Shown here: piece by piece, positions 17,667 to 27,268 of the stretch
Layout: every line of letters starts with the position of its first letter
Position numbering within the stretch: position 1 is the stretch's first letter
Source of the DNA: a virus
Lineage: Duplodnaviria > Caudoviricetes
Strand: one strand, 5' to 3'
IMG/VR virus record: IMGVR_UViG_3300003868_000001
Span: 1 to 62,764 of that record
DNA length: 62,764 nt
Position numbers and translations under genes: made by a program
The notes under the pieces: model-generated
What the model saw: the letters and a program-made list of their open reading frames with translations, nothing else
Database searches by the model: none
Told to the model about the DNA's origin: nothing

Positions 17667-17906
17667 TCAGCCCTCCACTTTGTGAAGTTCGCCGTCGGCA
17701 TTGCGGACATACTTCTGGCCGAAGCCAGTGCCCAGCCGCCCACCGCCGTTCATTTCGTAAGACCGCTGCGTCATCGTGGCCCACATTCCCATGCGACCGT
17801 TGCGACCACGGGTGCAAGCATCGTAGACGACCTCACCTTCTTTCTTGGTGAACACGTCTCCGAAGTCATCGTGGTGCATCTTCTCTGCGCTGAGATACCG
17901 GGTCAT
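17667..17906 (-). CDS. Hypothetical protein
   Basis: GGAGGG RBS. Confidence 0.6.
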   Translation of the reverse strand: MTRYLSAEKMHHDDFGDVFTKKEGEVVYDACTRGRNGRMGMWATMTQRSYEMNGGGRLGTGFGQKYVRNADGELHKVEG

Positions 17907-17907
17907 G

Positions 17908-18195
17908 TCAGTCCCTCCCAATCCGGTGATACTGGAAGTCGACTTCGTGATCAACAGCGGCCTGACGGGCAGCGATGATCTCGTCGTAGCGAGCCTGCAA
18001 GTCGGTGAGAGCCTGCGGCAACTGCCCGCGCTTGTATTCCTTGCCGAGGAGTTCGCCAGCCTTGGCGAGCATCGCGGTCGGCGTGTAGGCGCGGTTTGCC
18101 TTGATGCCGTGATTGACGTACATCTTGATGGCGCTTTTCAACGTCACGAGAACGAACGTGTTGATTTCTTCCGGAGTGGTCGCAGAGTATGCCAT
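17908..18195 (-). CDS. Hypothetical protein
   Basis: GAGG RBS; own promoter. Confidence 0.7.
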   Translation of the reverse strand: MAYSATTPEEINTFVLVTLKSAIKMYVNHGIKANRAYTPTAMLAKAGELLGKEYKRGQLPQALTDLQARYDEIIAARQAAVDHEVDFQYHRIGRD

Positions 18196-18226
18196 GTCTT
18201 GCCTCTTTGGGTTAAGTTACGCTTAC

Positions 18227-18255
18227 AGCGTACCCTGTGAAGCGGCTCGTGACAA
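18227..18255 (-). promoter_or_regulatory. Early-type promoter
   Basis: TTGTCA-N17(..TTCACAGGG)-TACGCT. Confidence 0.65.
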
Positions 18256-18259
18256 GCCA

Positions 18260-18496
18260 TCAAGTGTCTGTAAACTGTATCTCATTGAGCGGTACATTAC
18301 AGATCAGGTCACGACGCTCCATAGCATGACAGCCATAGGTATTCGTTGAGATGATCTCGCCGTCCTTAGCCAGCCCAAGGAGAATGGCCTTGTCTCCATA
18401 GATGCCGTTGCTTTTCCTCACTGCGAGGACGTACCAGAACTTCGTATCCTTACCGCCTTTCGAGCGGTAAAGATTTCCTGTGCGAACCTCGGTCAT
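18260..18496 (-). CDS. Hypothetical protein
   Basis: TGATG coupling. Confidence 0.55.
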   Translation of the reverse strand: MTEVRTGNLYRSKGGKDTKFWYVLAVRKSNGIYGDKAILLGLAKDGEIISTNTYGCHAMERRDLICNVPLNEIQFTDT

Positions 18497-19428
18497 CAGA
18501 ACATCCTGTTGATGAGTTCTGTCAGATATGCCGTGTCGATCTTCTCGGGGTTCTCTTTGTTCTTGGCCCGTTCCAACAACTGACCGAAGTAAGCAGCATC
18601 AACTCCGGTCAACTGTTCTTCCAAGATCTGGAAATTGGTCAGGTCCAGCTGGGAAATCTGCAAGCACATCTTCAGGTACTGGCCCGCGTTGATCTGCCAG
18701 CCGCGCTGGATGAACTTCTTCGCCCTGAACACCGAACAGATCGGATACAAAGAACCGTTGTAAACCAATGACTTAGACATCAAGGCTTCCAGCGAGTCTG
18801 AGTTCACGACCACGCCATCTTCGAAAGTCCAGTGGTTCATGCAGTGAATGAAGTCGAAGTTCTCGTGGATTGCATTGTGGTCGCCGAAAAAGCGCAGGAT
18901 GATCTGCACGTCATCTGACAGAGTGATCGCGTTGGACGAGAGGAATACCGGACGATACTTGGGCTTCTCGTCTTCTGTTGGGCCGGTCTGCTGGTCGAAA
19001 GCATCATCCAGATACTGACCAGCTTTCTCTTCGTCGGGAACCGTCTCGAAGTAACGGTAGTCTTCAACTTGCTCCTCGCCAGCAACCCCGGCCGACTGGA
19101 TCTTGATGCTGACACGGTCACGACCCATGGAGTCTTTCAACTCTTCCAGGACCATGGAATACTTGATGCCGCCTTCGTTCTTGTGCTTCTGAGCCTCGAT
19201 GAACTGAGCCAGATAGTGCTGAGCGACGAGCAGCACAGTTTTCTTCGTCTTGAAGTAGACGTCGTAGTCATTGACCTGTTCACCCAAGAGCATGGAGGCA
19301 ATGCAGCCGCCCGTGACGATGACGTTTTTCTTGACCTCGGACTGAAGGTCTTCCGGCAGAGTTGCCAGCCACTTATTCATCTTGCTCGTGATCACAAGAT
19401 TGATGTTGCGCTTCCGCATTCCAGTCAT
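18496..19428 (-). CDS. Pol-beta superfamily nucleotidyltransferase-like protein
   Basis: hhTGGCIAS...NDYDVYF motif; later FDFIHC. Confidence 0.7.
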   Translation of the reverse strand: MTGMRKRNINLVITSKMNKWLATLPEDLQSEVKKNVIVTGGCIASMLLGEQVNDYDVYFKTKKTVLLVAQHYLAQFIEAQKHKNEGGIKYSMVLEELKDSMGRDRVSIKIQSAGVAGEEQVEDYRYFETVPDEEKAGQYLDDAFDQQTGPTEDEKPKYRPVFLSSNAITLSDDVQIILRFFGDHNAIHENFDFIHCMNHWTFEDGVVVNSDSLEALMSKSLVYNGSLYPICSVFRAKKFIQRGWQINAGQYLKMCLQISQLDLTNFQILEEQLTGVDAAYFGQLLERAKNKENPEKIDTAYLTELINRMF

Positions 19429-19601
19429 TTCGGGTTCCTCTTCAAGGTTGTTACAACTTTCAGATCACCGGCATCCAGTGATCTAAGATGAATTCCGCAC
19501 AGTGGAACATCATCAATGCGAGTGATGGATTTCTGCTGGCACTTCTGCACCAGCGGAATTTTGTGATTATGCTGGATTTTCAGGATTGCGCAGCATTCCA
19601 T
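19425..19601 (-). CDS. Small Cys-rich hypothetical protein (58 aa)
   Basis: Manually translated MECCAILK...LCGIH; coupled at both ends. Confidence 0.45.
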   Translation of the reverse strand: MECCAILKIQHNHKIPLVQKCQQKSITRIDDVPLCGIHLRSLDAGDLKVVTTLKRNPK

Positions 19602-19756
19602 CACAGTTCATCCGGCATTGGCATATCGAGCCGTTTCTTTCCGCACTTCTTGCAGACGAACTCCCAGCCCAAGGACTGAGGATCAGGGAACTGCATGTCC
19701 CAGTCATGGCGACATGCTTGTTCTTTCTTGGAGAACAGAAGCGTGAACCAGTTCAT
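19601..19756 (-). CDS. Small Zn-ribbon protein (51 aa)
   Basis: Manually translated ...CRHDW...CKKCGKKR. Confidence 0.5.
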   Translation of the reverse strand: MNWFTLLFSKKEQACRHDWDMQFPDPQSLGWEFVCKKCGKKRLDMPMPDEL

Positions 19757-19759
19757 CGA

Positions 19760-20158
19760 TCACTCCCAGTTCCGGAAGCGACCATCGAAGAACTGATCAG
19801 CCGGGCGAACCCAAACAGGACCAGTTCCGTCGTAGGACTGATAGATCACACATGACTTGAGGCTTCCCTCAAACAAACCATGATACAAGATCTTGTAGTG
19901 CTTTCCGGTTTTCACATGGAGCCACAGCTTCTTCGGGTCCTCATGGGAGGAGGGATCAGCGATTGTCACAGGCTTTCCTTTCGTAACGATGCGAAACGGC
20001 AAAGTCTCGCTGAGTTTCGGGGCAACTTTGTCGTCGACGTAGAAGCCAGTCTCGTCAACTTTGATGAGGGTCCAACGCGGACCCCCAAGCACTTCAACGA
20101 TATCACCAGCCTGAGCGCCAATCTCACGCAGAAGGCCCATTGCATACAGTTCGCTCAT
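19760..20158 (-). CDS. DUF1653-domain protein
   Basis: H.KTG..Y......E.....VIYQS.....WVRP...F.DGRF. Confidence 0.7.
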   Translation of the reverse strand: MSELYAMGLLREIGAQAGDIVEVLGGPRWTLIKVDETGFYVDDKVAPKLSETLPFRIVTKGKPVTIADPSSHEDPKKLWLHVKTGKHYKILYHGLFEGSLKSCVIYQSYDGTGPVWVRPADQFFDGRFRNWE

Positions 20159-21288
20159 TTAATCAACTCCAGGATCTTGTCGAACAGGAACTGCTGCATT
20201 CCACAGGTCATGTCCGCATATCCCAGCTTGTCGTGGATCCACTCCTCGTAGATCGTGATGGCGGTAAAGTCTCGCCCGTTCGCCAGACACTGACGGGTCA
20301 GCACCATCTTGCCGTCTTTCGCCATGCCGACAACACCCGGCCCAAGATGCTCGACGAAGGTGATGTCTTCCGGCTTGACCAGAGCGTTCAGCTTCTCGAG
20401 CATCGTGCAGGCTTCCTGCACCATCTCGGCCTGCTCTTCCGACAGCTGAAAGATCTCATAGTCGTTGACAGCCCGCTTATTCTTCAGCAGCGTCCGGTTG
20501 CTGGCTTTCATCTGGGCATGTTCCCGGAACTTCTCCAGAGCATCGAGAAATTCCTCGCTCGGATCGTAGCAATCTGAGAAGTCCAGCCCAGCTTCGTAGT
20601 ATTCATGAGTCGGGTCTACAACTTTAACGCAGAACTCCGGGTCGGCCACGCGGGGCAGGCGGGTGTTCAGCTTGTAGTTCGCGTCATACATGGAAGCCAG
20701 CGTCCGATCTTCGGTCAGCTTCATGTCGACGGTGAAGTTGTAGGTGAAACGGCTGGCTTTCGGCAGTTTGTGAACGCGGACACCACGATAGTAGAGGTAC
20801 TCGCTTTTCCCGCGATGGACTTCGACACCATCGACGATCAACCACGGGTCGCCATGCAGAAAGATCTTGCCGCGTTCGCCGTGAACTTCTGCGATGTTCG
20901 GACCTTCAACGGTAAAGATCGTGTCGTTCTCGACCAGATTGCCGCTGATAGTGCCGCCTTCATCTTGACAGTTCGCGTAGAGTTCGCGGTATGCCTGCCA
21001 GACCTGCCAGTCTTTGCCGAGGTCGGTGGTGAACCCAAGCTGTTCGTCGTCCATGTAGATCATCTGAAACTCACGGTTCCGGATCATCTTGGGCTTGGTG
21101 CGGAACTGGATGGTCTCGCCGTTGGTGCGCAGACTGATGATGTGGCCCGTGCGAAGCAGCGTCGCAATGGCGTACTTCAGGCCTGTGCCGAAGTAGCCAA
21201 TGGGATTGTCGGTGTCCTTCACGGACACGCCCATCGTGCGGATGACGTCAAGGTCAATGTTGCCTTTGTTGGAGAAGTGAATAGCCAT
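20155..21288 (-). CDS. GHKL (HSP90/MutL-like) ATPase-domain protein
   Basis: IGYFGTGLK and RELYANCQD motifs; C-terminal EEWIH. Confidence 0.7.
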   Translation of the reverse strand: MAIHFSNKGNIDLDVIRTMGVSVKDTDNPIGYFGTGLKYAIATLLRTGHIISLRTNGETIQFRTKPKMIRNREFQMIYMDDEQLGFTTDLGKDWQVWQAYRELYANCQDEGGTISGNLVENDTIFTVEGPNIAEVHGERGKIFLHGDPWLIVDGVEVHRGKSEYLYYRGVRVHKLPKASRFTYNFTVDMKLTEDRTLASMYDANYKLNTRLPRVADPEFCVKVVDPTHEYYEAGLDFSDCYDPSEEFLDALEKFREHAQMKASNRTLLKNKRAVNDYEIFQLSEEQAEMVQEACTMLEKLNALVKPEDITFVEHLGPGVVGMAKDGKMVLTRQCLANGRDFTAITIYEEWIHDKLGYADMTCGMQQFLFDKILELIK

Positions 21289-21319
21289 TTTCGCCTCTTG
21301 AATGTTGTTGCCGTAACTT

Positions 21320-21348
21320 AGTATGCCACGCGAAGCGTGCCTTGACTA
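21320..21348 (-). promoter_or_regulatory. Early-type promoter
   Basis: TAGTCA-N17(..TTCGCGTGG)-CATACT. Confidence 0.6.
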
Positions 21349-21372
21349 CTGTCAATTGTCAGTACTTTGATA

Positions 21373-22092
21373 CTAAGCGATCCTCTTTTGATTGTTGGAG
21401 CCTGCGTTCAGCGGGCGGTTGAGGTTGATCTTGTCACCGGCCTTTCGTCCTTCTTGGAAGACGTTTTCGTAGGCGCGGATGCTACTCTTCTTGGGAGCAG
21501 TGAACGTGAGATCAGGCATCATCTCAGCCATACCAGCGCGCACGATCTCCATCTTCTTGACGACCAAGCTGGTGCCCGTGCTGTCGGCGACAACTTTCCG
21601 CGCTTCGATCAGTTGACGCAGCTTCTCGTTGATTCGGTTGGACATACCCATCATGAACGACCAGTACTCGGTGTGACGAGACACGCCTTTCTGCGCCGGA
21701 TGAGTTGCGACGTAGTTCTTCCATTCACGGTTCATGCTGTCGTGAACCATCTTCATGAGGAACTCATACATCTCAGTATCGCCGCTGAACCCAAAGCCGT
21801 TGGAGGAGTTGGTCGAAGAGCTGAACCAAGTCACAACTCCGCAGAACACGCCGATGGTCTTGCTGCACCATTTCGCGCACGGATGCTGCGTCTTGATCGT
21901 GTACGTGAACGACCCGGACCGCATGTCCTTCTTCGCTTGGGCAATATTCAGATCAGCTTCTGTCAAGCCATGCTCTTGCATCAGCGCGTCTGCCTTGAGC
22001 AGCGCGGCCATAGCTTCACCTTCAGTCGCGCCGTTCGCCGGAATAAGCTGGCGAAGGCGGAGGATGCGTTCTTTGATTTTATCAGTCGACAT
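21373..22092 (-). CDS. DUF2786-domain protein
   Basis: KIKERI..L.....GATEGEA.AAL.KA..LM..HGL. Confidence 0.75.
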   Translation of the reverse strand: MSTDKIKERILRLRQLIPANGATEGEAMAALLKADALMQEHGLTEADLNIAQAKKDMRSGSFTYTIKTQHPCAKWCSKTIGVFCGVVTWFSSSTNSSNGFGFSGDTEMYEFLMKMVHDSMNREWKNYVATHPAQKGVSRHTEYWSFMMGMSNRINEKLRQLIEARKVVADSTGTSLVVKKMEIVRAGMAEMMPDLTFTAPKKSSIRAYENVFQEGRKAGDKINLNRPLNAGSNNQKRIA

Positions 22093-22117
22093 GACGTTCT
22101 CCCGGTTGCCTGCTTAC

Positions 22118-22146
22118 AATGTAACCTGCGAAAAACCTCGTGACTA
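22118..22146 (-). promoter_or_regulatory. Early-type promoter
   Basis: TAGTCA-N17(..TTTCGCAGGT)-TACATT. Confidence 0.6.
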
Positions 22147-22407
22147 GTAGCTGTTTATCGGTTCACCATCCGGATGACAAATATACACGCCGAGCCATTC
22201 CGAACCATCACGAATATCGAGAGGTTTTCCAGGACCAGAATTAGCATGGACCCAATCATAGAAACGAGGGTCTCTGATCCATTCATACCGGAAGGTGAAT
22301 TCAGTACGTTCTTCTCGAATGAAGATGGCCCATCGCTCTTTCGCCTGCAACGGTATCTTCTCACCGAATGCTTTCCGGCACTTCTCTCTGAGTTGTTCAT
22401 GGTTCAA
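22144..22407 (-). CDS. Hypothetical protein
   Basis: Coupled ORF. Confidence 0.5.
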   Translation of the reverse strand: MNHEQLREKCRKAFGEKIPLQAKERWAIFIREERTEFTFRYEWIRDPRFYDWVHANSGPGKPLDIRDGSEWLGVYICHPDGEPINSY

Positions 22408-22658
22408 AACCCGGACTCCTCACTGCGGAAAGACTTGGCGATTTCTTTAGGCTTAAGAGAGTTCGGCGTCCAGGCGTCCCATGCCCACACGCTGCCATCT
22501 TCAAGAACGATGATAACACTTGGAGGATATTCTCCCATGCCAGCACCACCGCCCTGAGTTTGGATAACATGAGTGACACGAAGTCGAACAGCGCGAGCGA
22601 TTACTTCGCTTCCACGCTTCAAGGTTTGAGCGAACTTGAAATCTCCGATGGGTTTCAT
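22404..22658 (-). CDS. Hypothetical protein
   Basis: ATGA coupling; GAGG RBS. Confidence 0.5.
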   Translation of the reverse strand: MKPIGDFKFAQTLKRGSEVIARAVRLRVTHVIQTQGGGAGMGEYPPSVIIVLEDGSVWAWDAWTPNSLKPKEIAKSFRSEESGF

Positions 22659-22882
22659 GAACTCAATCCTCTCAGGGCTGCATATTCCAAAGCCTTGAGA
22701 TCTTTCTCCAGGTCTTTGATGTCTGACCAGTGGATCAGGCGCTCGACCTTGTCTGCTCCGTATTGAGCTTTGAACTGAAAGCCGTGCGGATGAACAGACC
22801 ATGTGGCCTCCACCCCATGAGCAGTGAGATAGTGATCACATCTCTCACCAATCTTCTTGAACACTTCAATGTTGATCAACAT
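22655..22882 (-). CDS. Hypothetical protein
   Basis: TGATG-coupled to ligase. Confidence 0.55.
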   Translation of the reverse strand: MLINIEVFKKIGERCDHYLTAHGVEATWSVHPHGFQFKAQYGADKVERLIHWSDIKDLEKDLKALEYAALRGLSS

Positions 22883-23811
22883 CAGAACAGGCTCCCTTGA
22901 CGATCTTCGGACATGTCATCGGCATCACGCAGCCCAAGGAAAACAGGGAACCGAGGAGCGTCTTTCGAGCCGACGGGGAAATATTTGAACTTCGCGGTCT
23001 TGCCGACGAGGCTTCCGCGAGTATTCCAAAAATGTTTCCTCATCGCGTCATTGAAGCCAGTGCCAATTCGGACAGACCGACTCGCCCAAATTTCTTGATC
23101 GGTCAGCTCAACCTCGATGGCTCCGAGAACTCCCATCGGGATCAGGTTCTCTTTGTGACCAGAGCGTTCAGTCTGACCGAGCAGACCGATGGTCGCCGGG
23201 TTGTCGTTGTGGTTCAACTCGTGGACAGCAATGATCTTGCCTTCCATGTCCTCGAAGCGTTTCAGCTTGATCAGCTGTCCTTGCTTGGGCGTTCCGCGGC
23301 CTTGTTTGTAGAACTGATCACGGCTCCGAAGGATGACACCTTCGTGACCTTCAAGCAGCCGTTTGCCTTCGTACTGGTTGAGCATTTCCATGTCTGTCAG
23401 CAGAGCAGTCGGGGCAATCTTAACCCAAGAAGGCAGCTTGTCGGCAAGTTCCAGAAGTTCGCCGTATCGTTCATCGTAGTTGCCGACGCTGTTCCACACG
23501 TCGAAAAGATACAGCGTCGCATGAGTGATATCCGGATTTTCGAAAGACATCACGGCGGAAGATGTCCGGACATAGCAATCTGCCGCTGTTGGATCTCCAA
23601 CAATTATCTCCCCATCCAGACCGGCTAGAATGTCCTTGTGTTTCCGAATCTCGGCTTGGAGATCTCGGTTGCGGATAGGTTTCAGGCTGCGCGTGTAAGC
23701 ATAGCCGTCATGACCGCAGAGGACGCGTATCCCGTCGAACTTGGGTTGCGCCCAGAACGGGAACATCGCTTCGTTGCGCTCTTCCCATTTACTTGCGAGC
23801 ATTGGTTTCAT
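22882..23811 (-). CDS. ATP-dependent DNA ligase
   Basis: KFDGIR adenylation motif, LDGEI, EGVILR, KLKRFED, PRFPVF. Confidence 0.92.
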   Translation of the reverse strand: MKPMLASKWEERNEAMFPFWAQPKFDGIRVLCGHDGYAYTRSLKPIRNRDLQAEIRKHKDILAGLDGEIIVGDPTAADCYVRTSSAVMSFENPDITHATLYLFDVWNSVGNYDERYGELLELADKLPSWVKIAPTALLTDMEMLNQYEGKRLLEGHEGVILRSRDQFYKQGRGTPKQGQLIKLKRFEDMEGKIIAVHELNHNDNPATIGLLGQTERSGHKENLIPMGVLGAIEVELTDQEIWASRSVRIGTGFNDAMRKHFWNTRGSLVGKTAKFKYFPVGSKDAPRFPVFLGLRDADDMSEDRQGSLF

Positions 23812-23999
23812 CGAGCCACTCCTTGATCTTGATTGCAGGATCCCATTTCGGGGGAAGCACGATCAGGATGATGCAGATCGCACTCAGGACGTATTCCATC
23901 AGAACCACCCCATCCACTTGCCGAATGAAAAGAAGGCATACAGGCCGAAGCCGAATATGAAGCCTTCCGAGAACTTGTCCCAGATCAGTTGCAGGTATC

Positions 24000-24251
24000 T
24001 CACGTTTGCGCCCTCATAGCTTGGAGTAAGGACTGCTCCTCTTCAGGAGACATGTCCAGGGTTTCGAAAGCATTGCGATACGTGTCATGAGATTTAATCA
24101 TGACCGTAGCCTGCTCTTGAGTAACTGCCTCGTGAAACACGATGAAGCTGCTCGAGAAGCAGCAATGGTTTGATACGCTATATGGGAACACCCACACATG
24201 CGATTTTAGCTCTGTCATGATCACGATCCTAACGTCACGCGTAGCCGCCAA
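24000..24251 (-). CDS. Hypothetical protein
   Basis: ORF downstream of promoter 24270-24298; start uncertain. Confidence 0.4.
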   Translation of the reverse strand: MAATRDVRIVIMTELKSHVWVFPYSVSNHCCFSSSFIVFHEAVTQEQATVMIKSHDTYRNAFETLDMSPEEEQSLLQAMRAQT

Positions 24252-24269
24252 ATTTTTGCTACTGAGACT

Positions 24270-24298
24270 ATTTTACCCCACGACAACGGCCCTGACCA
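24270..24298 (-). promoter_or_regulatory. sigma70-like promoter
   Basis: TGGTCA-N17-TAAAAT. Confidence 0.5.
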
Positions 24299-24441
24299 GT
24301 GCTACCCATCCGCCCGCCACAACTACCAATCCAACGCGTCCGGAGGCTGCGGGAGGACGTCCAGGAAGCGCCTGGACACCTTTGGGCTACCCTTGCCCAC
24401 CCCTGCCAGCCAAAGCCCCTCTAGCGCCCTCTGAGCAGTCG

Positions 24442-26850
24442 TTAAAAGGGCACATCATTGGGGTTTTCGAGCTCAAGCTGCACAGACTGTTCCCAGACTG
24501 TCCGACCATGCTTTTCTTCCCATGCTTGGCGGCACTGATCCAATGATCCAAAGTCATAGAAGTTCGCACGCTTGGACTCTGACTTCTCACGACCATCATA
24601 GTCCATCACTGAGACGTTGACACGCCGAGTTATCTTCGTGATGTGCGGAACAATCCTGGAGAGGAACCGGCCCAAGGCAGTTTCGTTCCCTCGTCGAGTC
24701 TGTTTCCACGCATCCATATATTTGATATAATCTGTGGTGACATATTCGGTTTGACCGTAGCGTTCCCAACCGACATCGCTCTCAAAGATCTTGCCATCTT
24801 GCAGTTTCCGATACCACCACTCTTCGTCATAGCCCATGGAGAGCAGCTTCTGTTCCTGCAACGCATCAGTCTGCGGAACGTTGCGCACGTTGAACTTCTC
24901 AATGTCCACTGATTGCAGATAGTACAGAAGGGCTTGGTAGCCGCCGTTCTCCAGTTGAGCCAGCATCGCTCCGAAGAATGTAGCGTTCTGCTTCTTGCCC
25001 TCTCCCATATCCAGCACCAGATAGCGCCGTTCGTCTCCGGTTGCACGAATGACGTGCGGGTCGTTGGATGCCATGATAAGGTGAACGAAGTTCGGCGACG
25101 ACTCTACGTCGTAGCCTTTCTTTTCCACCGGAATAGTGTCTTCGGTGATCAACATCTTGAGCACGCTTTCGTGCGACTTATCACCAGCAAAGAACGCTTC
25201 GTCAGCAAACAGACAGACACAGTCCTGCAAGTGAGCGTTGAAGTTCCCGATAAGATGCTTCGCGTTCGCAATGTGCATGAAGTGACGGCCGAACAGGCGA
25301 CCAAAGGTTCTCGCAAAGAAGCCTTTGCCTGTGCCCTTGCCGCCACGCATGACGATCGCAACTTCTCCAGATGTAGCTGGCTCCTGAACGACGCGGGCCA
25401 TCCAGTTGATCAGATATTCGTAGACCACCTTGTTCCCGCTGCACACGTTCTCAAGACAATGCTCAAGAAACATGTCGCAGTTTCCTGGGATCGCTTCATA
25501 GGCAAACCCACGCCACAGATTGTAGACACCTTCTTTCTCAAGCAAAGGCATGAACCGCATCGTGTCGTACTGTCGGCGCATTGGATGCTGTAGCCAATAC
25601 TTGCCGAGCGGCATCGTGACATCAGCACCCTCTTTTGTCTGGCCGACCTTGACCTTCTTGTTGAGATATCTCTGGTTGATGCTGTCGAAGCTGGACATGG
25701 TCAGCTTGCTGCGATTGTAGGTCTGTCCGTTGTGCAGCTTGAGGTGATCGTCGATCTCCTCGATGACAACGCATTTCCCACCGATGTTTCCGATTACCGC
25801 GTGCCTGTCGTTCATCTGCAACAGCAAAGGATCTTCGCTGTACTGTTTCGCCCGCAGGATTTGACGCCGCGCATATTTGTCGGCACCTGACTTGAGTTCA
25901 ATAACGCTGGACGAGATAGCCCAACCGGGATCGGTGAGGATGCTGTAGATAACTGCATCGGGGACATTGCAGCGTGCCAGTGAGCAGACGCAGTCGAACA
26001 CCCAAGAGGAACGAGAGTTGTCCTTCTCCTTGGGTTGGTCCGGGTGATGGCCCTGAGCAATGATGATCTTGACACGATCAGGCACACTCCACTCGTCGAG
26101 TTCCGAGAGTTCCTGAATGCGTTCTATGTTTCCCGGGATATCAAGATGTTCGTTGGCTGTACCACCGCCGCCGTCCATCATGGACCCGGAGTGCTGAACG
26201 CCTGCTGCCTTCTTGAAGTCTGAAATATCGTAGATGTTTTTGTTGAAGTCCAGCAACTGAGCAACGACTTCAACCCGACCTTTCTTGCGTTTCTGTGGGT
26301 TCGGAATGTTGACCGTACCTGGAAGGCGGGCGATGCGATCTACGTTGAAGCAGTGGTCGCCTCCGAACACCTGTTCAAGACGCTTGTTGTAGAGTTCGAA
26401 GTCTTCCCACTTGCTCTCAGTTCCCTCGATCTTGTAGGGTTCTTTGAGTTTCCAGAAGCCCCAGTACCCATTTCCTGAGAAGATGGTGCAGCTTGGCTGA
26501 GGCATACCCTTCGGAAGATTGGTCGTAAGCTGCGACAGGATGACATCGAGATCGTGGTCCAGACCTTCTTTGTCGGACGCATCACTGTCAATGTCCACAT
26601 GCAGCCAGCCAGCATGGAGAATGTCTGTCTTGCTCGGCTTCGTGCCAAGTTCACGGCTCGGTGTATTGACCAGAAAGTACAGGTTCCGGATGCCGTTTTC
26701 CTGATCGATAAAGTCAAACGCTTTCTTCTCGTCAGTGAAGGTCAGGAAGGTAACGTGCTTCCTGTCGGTGGCGATAGCACCGATAGTCCAAGGCTCGTTG
26801 GGCTTGAACTTCTTCAGAAATGATATCGCTTTGCTTGTGTCACCCTTCAT
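24442..26850 (-). CDS. Primase-helicase (RepB-like primase plus SF3/DUF5906 NTPase)
   Basis: HVDID, SGNGYWGFW, RIARLPGT; GGKGTGKG Walker A; LFADE. Confidence 0.88.
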   Translation of the reverse strand: MKGDTSKAISFLKKFKPNEPWTIGAIATDRKHVTFLTFTDEKKAFDFIDQENGIRNLYFLVNTPSRELGTKPSKTDILHAGWLHVDIDSDASDKEGLDHDLDVILSQLTTNLPKGMPQPSCTIFSGNGYWGFWKLKEPYKIEGTESKWEDFELYNKRLEQVFGGDHCFNVDRIARLPGTVNIPNPQKRKKGRVEVVAQLLDFNKNIYDISDFKKAAGVQHSGSMMDGGGGTANEHLDIPGNIERIQELSELDEWSVPDRVKIIIAQGHHPDQPKEKDNSRSSWVFDCVCSLARCNVPDAVIYSILTDPGWAISSSVIELKSGADKYARRQILRAKQYSEDPLLLQMNDRHAVIGNIGGKCVVIEEIDDHLKLHNGQTYNRSKLTMSSFDSINQRYLNKKVKVGQTKEGADVTMPLGKYWLQHPMRRQYDTMRFMPLLEKEGVYNLWRGFAYEAIPGNCDMFLEHCLENVCSGNKVVYEYLINWMARVVQEPATSGEVAIVMRGGKGTGKGFFARTFGRLFGRHFMHIANAKHLIGNFNAHLQDCVCLFADEAFFAGDKSHESVLKMLITEDTIPVEKKGYDVESSPNFVHLIMASNDPHVIRATGDERRYLVLDMGEGKKQNATFFGAMLAQLENGGYQALLYYLQSVDIEKFNVRNVPQTDALQEQKLLSMGYDEEWWYRKLQDGKIFESDVGWERYGQTEYVTTDYIKYMDAWKQTRRGNETALGRFLSRIVPHITKITRRVNVSVMDYDGREKSESKRANFYDFGSLDQCRQAWEEKHGRTVWEQSVQLELENPNDVPF

Positions 26851-27268
26851 TGTTCGCCCAGTATGCTACGAGTCTCTCGGGAGATGCTTTTCCGAGTTCC
26901 ATCAGGTTGTACCAATAGCGAGAAATCCCTGCCTGCTCGGCACACATCGGGATCGTCTTACCACTACGACGTCGCATGATAAAGCATTTTTCGTAAGGCT
27001 TTATGTCACCCAAGGGAGCAGCGATCAAGTCACTCTTGTGAGACTCTTCGCGCTCAAGAATTCCGTAGGTGTTTCGTGAAATTTCAAGTCGCTTGCCTGC
27101 TTCTCTTTGGGTCAACCCCTCGCGACGCCGCCACAATAGCAGCTTCTCAGCAAGGCTCAGGTTGGCTTGAACGATTTCAGGAAAGAGATCAGCTTCGGTC
27201 CGTCCAGTTTCCCCTCGAACACGATCGCTGCGTGCTGATACATCTGAGGTCTGGTCATATTGTCCCAC
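26840..27268 (-). CDS. XRE-type double HTH regulator
   Basis: RRREGLTQREAG..L.ISR..Y..LE and a second RRRSG.T....A..AGISR...N.ME.G repeat; true start probably near 27160. Confidence 0.75.
   Translation of the reverse strand: MGQYDQTSDVSARSDRVRGETGRTEADLFPEIVQANLSLAEKLLLWRRREGLTQREAGKRLEISRNTYGILEREESHKSDLIAAPLGDIKPYEKCFIMRRRSGKTIPMCAEQAGISRYWYNLMELGKASPERLVAYWANNEG

Noticed and set aside
26840-27268. Lysogeny module
   Set aside because: An XRE HTH gene and Leu762-type PolA are present, but no integrase, partition genes or divergent cI/cro pair were recognised
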